A stretch of 47,145 bases of DNA from Craspedostauros australis (Eukaryota). Below, in pieces: positions 35,309 to 43,000 of this stretch. The notes below the pieces were generated by a model. That model made no database searches, was not told the DNA's origin, and worked only from the letters and a program-made list of their open reading frames with translations. The translations under genes were made by a program, and so were the position numbers. Every line of letters starts with the position of its first letter. Within the stretch, counting starts at the first letter, position 1. Location of the stretch: positions 1 through 47,145 of the forward strand of contig JALAGF010003024.1 in NCBI GenBank assembly GCA_030167865.1, read 5' to 3'.

Positions 35309-36176
35309 GGCTGCCGTCCTTCAGAAGTGATCGTTGCTTGGATCCCTCGATGGACAGGCTTGGAATTGGGTGCAAAAGTCGATAGAGCAAAGGAAATGAA
35401 TGGATGCTTGCGCGCTTCACCTGGTGGCTTTGGTACGTTGCGGCCTGTTGGTGCCGACCTTGGAAATGGCGGCCGTCGTTTGATCGTTGATGGTCGATGC
35501 TTGGTGATACAATGATGTCGTTGACGAGAGTGTCGATGAGAGCGTGTAGATGTGAATGATGAGATCGCCACCAATGCCAATGGCGTTGTTAGGTGTTGCA
35601 AAGTACTTTCTCCTTTGACTCTGTTGGGTTCGTGGATGTGACCGATGTCCGGAGCATGAAGCATGGCACGGACGTCGATTGCGCCAAGAACGAAATTGTG
35701 AGCAGAGACCGTTGGACAAAATTTTGTGATTGGATTCGTGGTCCCGCAGGACGTTATTTTACCGTTAGTAATAATTTCAACCAAGTGCGTTGTGTTTAGC
35801 ACTCGTGAACCACAGTTTCATGCGGGAGTGAGAAACTGGGGTGATTTGTGCCATGACAAGAGTACCAGCAGTCTACATCCAAGCTCCTCGTACAGAATGT
35901 GCACAACAAGCACTGCCCCACGATGGCGCTTGTGTGTTACTATATACTTGTGCGATGTGCATGCATATGTACGGGTAGTCTCATCATATGGAAAAGACGC
36001 ACTGATATCATAGTGTAATAGAATATATCAAGAGCTGTAAAATAGTTTATCTTAACGTATATTCATACTTACTATCCATACTCGTACATACTCATACACA
36101 CACACATATGACCCCGTAGTTCCAGCGCCTCGCTGGTTTTCAGCTCGTCCTGGTTTGCCCTTCTTGATCTATCTCT

Positions 36177-38576
36177 CTAGTACGATGACAGCGGCTCGAA
36201 TCGCTCGTTCCATTCCTCCGCGAAGCTCGATATCTCTTCTTCCTTGAAGATGCTCATGAGCTCGCCATCTTCGAAGTGGTATGAAGAGTCATCATCCCCC
36301 CGTTGGGATGGGGTCCGGTTATTGCCAGATCCCTGCTGCATGTCGGCCTCCTCGAAGATGACCGTGATTTCCCGATCCGCCAAGTTTTGGGGGGCGTCCT
36401 CTGGTTGGGCCGTCTTGCTGCACTGGGAGACAGAGCTTCTATCACTGTGCTGTGAGTACGACGAGTCATCCGCCACAGACCAACCGGCGGTCTGGGTCTC
36501 TGCGATGGTCTGGCCATCACCGAGCGTCTTGGAGTCACCGGAGGTCTTGATCTTGTTCTTGATGACCTTGCGCCTTCGCCTGGACAGCAGCAGGCCACCT
36601 GCAAGGATCAGGACCACACCGGCACCTGCAATGCCCCCAGCTGTGGCCGTTGCTCGTTGGGCAGAGTTTCTGGATGCTGCGGATGCGGGGTCCAGTATCG
36701 ATTCTTGCTTGGTGACCATCGTGACTGTGGAGAAGACGTTGCTTCCCGGCAGGTTCTGCAGCAGTCCGATATATCCGTTGAGAGATTGCCCCGTGAATGC
36801 AGCGGTGAGAGTGTCATCCAAGATCTGCTGGGTGGGAACGGCCATTGAGGATCCATCGAAGGTGGCAACTGCGTCATACTCGATGAGGATTGGATCGCCG
36901 AAGTCGAACGCACCGCTAGCTCGGAAGAGCGTCGAAAAGCTCAATAGCTGCGCTGCGTTGCTATCATCGAATTGATCGCTGAAGTAGTTGTCGAGGTAGG
37001 TTTGAGTCAGTTCGATGACTTCGAGGTACTCGCTGCGCAAGGGAATGCGGTCATTGGTGGGGACATACTCCAGCCCAAAAGGCGTCAAATTGACGGAGGT
37101 TGGACTCGCGGTGGGCATCGTCACTGGCATAGCGGTAGGTGCGGCAGTTGGTGCTGGGGTTTCGACGGGGATATCTGTGATGATGATATTGCATGGAGGA
37201 AGGCAGCCGCGATCCAATGTGACATGGCGTGATCGTCGGTGCAGGCACAAGTGTGAGTCAATAGTTATTTGAGATGGCAAAATCACTTTCAGTGTGGAAG
37301 TGAGGCAAATTCTTGACTGGTGTGGGGTGGAGAATTAAGCAGATGGTCCAGCATACGAGTATTTGTTGTCGTTGCATTGACTTACCCACAGGTGGCCGAG
37401 TTGATGGCACTGGAAGTCAGCGAGTTTTGTCAGGCGCGTAATTCGAACCATGCATGGTACAGCATATGGCAGAAAATGGAATAAGTTGAACAAAGAAGAA
37501 GAATTGGCAAAGTGTCAGCAGTCGAAAACATCATGGAGAACAGTACGGGTACTGCAGTTTTTCCCACGATAGTGGAATGTCATGCTCGTCTGCGTATTCG
37601 TTGGAGGGTACGAGGAGTTCAGCGTCGGGAAACACAAAGGTACTTACTGTCATTTGAGGAGTCACTGTTTGGTGTGTCTGCATGATGAGAAGAGGATGGA
37701 AAGCAGGAGAAGCAACAGGAAGAGAGAGAGAGAGAGAGGGTACCGACGAAGAGGTCAGTGGCGCAGTTTGGGCGAGCGATTGAATGGTGTTTGCGATACA
37801 AAATCACCGATTCAATTTTCTGCATCACAAGTGAGAGCAGACGTAGAATCATCTTGGGATGCCGCATGATGGTACTGCCGAGTACGTTACTTACCTGTTG
37901 GAGCAGTCTGAGCGGTTGGAGCAGAAGTGACACGGTGGGTCGGTGCGTGTGTCACATCGGCGCTTGTGGATGACTTGACTCCCTTGCCTTTGCCATTGCC
38001 TGGAGCACCCACGTCGCTGGAGGTTTTGGTGCTCTTGGGCATCTTGGAGGACTTGGTCGACTTGGTGGACTTGGATCCCTTGTCGGAGTCATATGAAGAT
38101 GATCCCTTGCCCTTGCCCTTGCCAGAGTCGTGCGAAGATGGTGACGACGATGGTGAGGCTCCCTTGCCTTTGCCCTTGCCTTCACCCTTGCCGGACGTGT
38201 CAATGTGGCGTATGCGAGGGTAGAAGTCGTCGGCGGGATCCTCGTGGGTATGACTGGCGCCTTCCACCTGAATCGACTCGACGACCTCCGTCTTGCGGAC
38301 ACCGAACGCCTTGTGCATCTGCCGTTGTTGCTGTTCATCATTGTGTTGACGATTCTGCCTCTGCTGTTGGTGGCGGTGATGATGATTCTGCAAATGGCGT
38401 GCATTGTGTCCGTGGATGAAGTTGCGTTGTTCGCGGCTGGCATGACACAGAGTCGAAGTCATGAGCAGTCCAACGCAGCTGATCACCTGGATGATCCATC
38501 TCATGTGCTTTGCAGACGCTGTCGTGGCCTTTCGCGTCGAGGGAGTATTGGCCATCGTCGTTGTTGGAATTGCCAT
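36177..38576 (-). CDS. Array paralog E: RXL, GK/KxxK-rich type I membrane protein; exons 38576 (or 38504)-37895, micro-exons 37677-37648 and 37409-37386, then 37174-36177
   Basis: Signal peptide MRWIIQVISCVGLLMTSTLCHA, RHL, GKGKGKG, KSTKSTKSSK. GTAAG donors at 37894, 37647 and 37385; all introns phase 1. Shared domain ending LPGSNVFSTV, TM GGIAGAGVVLILAGGLLLSRRRR. Start codon and micro-exons are less certain. Confidence 0.8.
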
Positions 38577-40092
38577 TGCGATTGCGTTTGAGATTGTTGT
38601 GTCGGTAGAGCTGAGCTTCGCGATAAGAAGATGTCCCGATTCGTAGATCTCTTCCGCTTCTTGTCCTTCGTCGTGCTGGATCAATGGAGTGGTAGTATGG
38701 AGAGTGCTTTGGTGGATGCTATTTCTATGTGTGTGCGATTTGAAATGAGGCTATGATGAAGGATTGGGAAAATGGAAAGTCGATGATTTGTTGCCTGTTG
38801 AGAGTCGGTCGCTTGGGTGATCCTCTGATTCTTTGGCCATTCCTCACTCAAATGCCGACTGTCCTGTTGTGGAACTATGGTGGAGTACTCGGCCAGCTTC
38901 AGTCCTTTCTGTCCTTTCCACCCTCTGCATCGCAGTTGCTGTGGATGGTGTCGACGTTGCGGTCGCGATGGAGATTGCGGCAGAATGTGACGAGTTGGGT
39001 GAGATGTGTGTCGTGAAGAGGACGCCAAAATGTGGCGTTCCGAAATTGGATCTTGGATGGCACTCGCCATTGCGACATGAAAACGACACGGGACGATGCG
39101 GACTCATTCACAATTTTGTGGAGGAGTCTTGTGACAAAGATGGAGCGGTTGATTCGTTCGACTTGAACAATGCAGCATTGGTCGACCAAGTCGAAAATGA
39201 TCCACACAGTCAAAAATGACAAATCGTCCACGAATCAAGGACGATTTGGAAGGACTGTTCTTGGAACATCATCGGATATGAACAGTGTCGGTTTCCTTAA
39301 GTATCGGCGTGTCGCAGGGGCTTTGATGACGGTTGCACATGGCACAAATGGTCATTGTGTGGTCGTGTATTGCGTGTCGTTGTCGTGGCCTCCTTGTAGA
39401 TCGCACAGACACACGAGTCGTTGTTGTTTGGCAATAGCACACGAGATGGCGCCAAGATTTCGCGCGCAAAGAAGACCACAGAGAGAGAGGGCAGAAAGCA
39501 ACAAGAAGAGTGACTGAGACAGCGAAAGCAAGCGAGGAGGACACAGACAAACAACAAACCACAAGAGCAGTGGTACGATCTCCTCGGAGATTGCCAACAA
39601 GCGCGAAAGCAAGGAGAACAGGCGAGAAGCGGCGGAAAGGACGCGCTGTCATACATTCCTTGTGCGCCCCTTGTTTCAGACGTGAGACCATCATTCCTCA
39701 AGAGTCGGTCGTACCAGAGCATCGTCGCGCCATAGAGTCGCACTAATACGACCCATTATAGTACACAAACCGACAACAAGAAGACCCTCCAACCGGCTTC
39801 AGCAGTCTGGATAGCTTCTTCGCAATCCTGGCTCGCCACCAAAAGTCTCGAACGAAGATCACCAAACGTCACATCCACATCACATCAAATCGCATTGCAT
39901 CGCATTGCATTGCATTGCATTAAACGGCATTGGGTTGGATTGACTTGGAAAGAAGCGGAGATCACATCGGCTTCAGGAGGAGCAGACCAAATCGGTGCAC
40001 AGGAGTCCAGAGTATTATATTCAAATAGGTATAATACAATATACTGCAATATACTGCAATATTCTGCAATAGATCAAAGCCGGACATAAAGA

Positions 40093-43000
40093 ATGAATAC
40101 TCCAAGTGCACAAGCCGTAGTGGAGACGATGCCCGTCGTCACGCTGCCGCAAACCGGCGCCGATGTCGGCGTTGGCGTCCCTTCGGTCTCGGCCGAGCCG
40201 GAGACAGCAGCTGCGTCGCCACAGCATCCACCCTCAGATCCACAATCGCAGCAGCAACCACAACAGCCGCAGCAGCAACCACAACAGCCGCAGCCGCAGC
40301 AACCACCCTCGAGCTTGCTGAGGGATTGGGCACCAGCGACGGTCAGTGATGGGTCCAACGCGCCGCCGGTCGCGCCTGCTGTTGTGCTCAATGAACGATC
40401 GGCCGAACACAGATCATCCTCCACAGGATCGAGGACCAACTACCCCGTGGCCACCTTCGTCAGGAGCCTGGTCCGGACGTCGGTGGAGATCAGGGATCAC
40501 ATCTACGCGTCCGCCATTCCAGCCACCCCGGGAGGCCCTGCCTCGTCCGCGGAGGCTGCGGATGGTCTGGGTCCGCTCAATCCGGGCCATGCAGGACACG
40601 TGGCCAACGATCCGCTGTCCATCCGAAGCGCACCCGCGCCGATGATCGCGGCCCTGTCCGCTGCCACCCTCACCTCCGGTCGATCCATGAACCAGCTGGT
40701 CACCGTGGACGACATACGCCTCACCCATCTCCCGGAAGACATGGAAGCTGCCGCTCACCACCATCCTCACGCAGACAATTTGCATGGGGCCGCATCGATC
40801 TCCATGGATGAGGCAACTGCCGACTTCAACAGCGGCAACAACAGCGACGCGCATTCCGCCGAGTTTGTGCTCATTAACGGCGACTTGGTGGAAATCCCGG
40901 CAGCCAACCTCGCGGAGCCGGATGATGATGACTACTACTCTCGGCGCAGGCGGCGGTACGGTGGCTACAACGACGACGATGATAACGACAATGACAACGA
41001 CAACGGCACTCAGCGATCTGACGCCGATGCCTTGCCACAGAGCTGCAGACCAAGGACTTCGCGCGTGCGTCGTGGCGTCAAGGGCTTCAAGAAATGGATT
41101 AAGAAGATCAAGAGAAAGCGTGATAAGAACCACCAGCAGCAACAGCAAAAACAGCAGGTGCAGCAAGTGCAACCAACCCGAGATACGTCATTTCGACAAG
41201 CACCGGACGAGCCGATGGAACAACAACTGCAGCAGCGACAGCTTCAGCAGCAAATGTTCGACTCCCTTCGCAGACATCCAAATTCGTCCTACTCAGAACC
41301 GTCAGGACCATTTGCCGAGCAGTCGAACGCGTCGCTATCGATTGCTACGCCATCGCATGACTCCGCCAGTGTCAACATCAGCGCCAGCGCCGTGGCTCAC
41401 GCGCCCATACAGCATGTCATGTCGGAGCGCTCCATCGACTCTCTCAATATCGATATGATGGGAACCAGCGCTCTGCAGACATCCGCATCAACAGCGATGC
41501 CCGCACGCAATGCTCTTTCCCTGGGTGCCGCGTCATCCACATCGGCCCTGGCCTCGGCAGCAGCGGCCATCGGAGCTGCGCGCCTCACCAGCAACCATTC
41601 GCCGCAGCGCAACAAAAAGCCACCGCCCAAAAAGGAGCCCAGCAAACGCAAGAAGCGATTCTCCTTCCTTCGCGACAGCGAATCCAATCGCAAGGAACCT
41701 CCACAGCAGCTACCGCCGACACCGCCTCCGTCGGTGCAGCCACCAGAAATAACCACCACGTCACCGTCCCTGCCACAGGCAGCTAATTCTGTGGCAGCAA
41801 TGCCGCCGACATCTTTCGCTGCCCTGCCAGAGCCGGCATCTGCAGCGGCCGCAACTGTTGCTGCCATGCCGTCATCGGCAGCCGTAGCGCAAGCCACAAC
41901 CTCCATGCTCGCACCTGCTCCGCCACCGATCGACATAACGCCGCCCCAAAACAGACGCACATTGTACCATGATGGCCCAGCAGCATTCTCGATGGGCGCG
42001 ACCGCTTCTGCAGTCCCGTTGCCACCTGCGGTAGCATCTGCACCAGCGGCAGCAGCCGCAGCAACCAGCTCCTTGGACGCATTGTACGAGCCATCCTCGT
42101 TTGGGGCATCCGCCACGCCAGACTCGTATCCTTTCGGATTGGACCAGGCCCAGCGCGTGTCCAGCGTTGTGGGTGAGGCCAGTTTTATTGGCAACGCCGA
42201 TCAGTTGCTGGAGGCCGGTGTGCTGCCAGAAACAACCATGGCAGCCGAAGCCTACATCGAGGATAGGATGGACGATTACGACAAGTACGACAAGAAGGAC
42301 GGCTACCCATACTACCGCAGCGTGGTGCCACGTGACGCCGATTACAAGGTCGACAAGAGCGACGCACCCTGCGTGGACGCCATGCTTTCCCGCGCTGACG
42401 AGTTTGCGAATGACATCGAGCAGGACATGGCCCCCATCGTGGAGCCACTCCCGCTCAAGGCAAGAGGTAAATCAGACGGTTCCACCATCCCGTTGTCGGA
42501 AGCAACGCCCGATGACATTGACGTTCACAACGATGTGCTCAAGGTCGTCATGGTTGGCGCGCAGACCGTGGACAAGTCCGGTTTGGCACGGGCGATGCGC
42601 GGATCGACCAAGAAGCCACGCAAGCGCAAGAATCTCGGTGTCGACGTTCACATGTGGACGCCACCCAACAAGGAGCAGGTCCAATTCTCAATTTGGGATG
42701 TGCAGGGTGCGAGCAACGACGCCGTCAAGCTGGATGGCACCAACTTCGGAGCGCATCCCGGTACCCAATCCCTCTTCTTTTCCGATCGCTCGCTCTACTT
42801 GCTGGTGTGGGACTTGGCAGCCAACAACCCCAAGGCAACAAGACGGACGCTGGGCAAGAGCAAACGCAACTACGACGATGATGACAGCTGCAGCAGCAGC
42901 TCCGACGAAGAAGACGATGACGAATACGACGACAACGACTACATGCTGGAAGAGCGCAACCGCCAGGCAGACCGCGCCCTCCGATCGGACATCGAAGACC

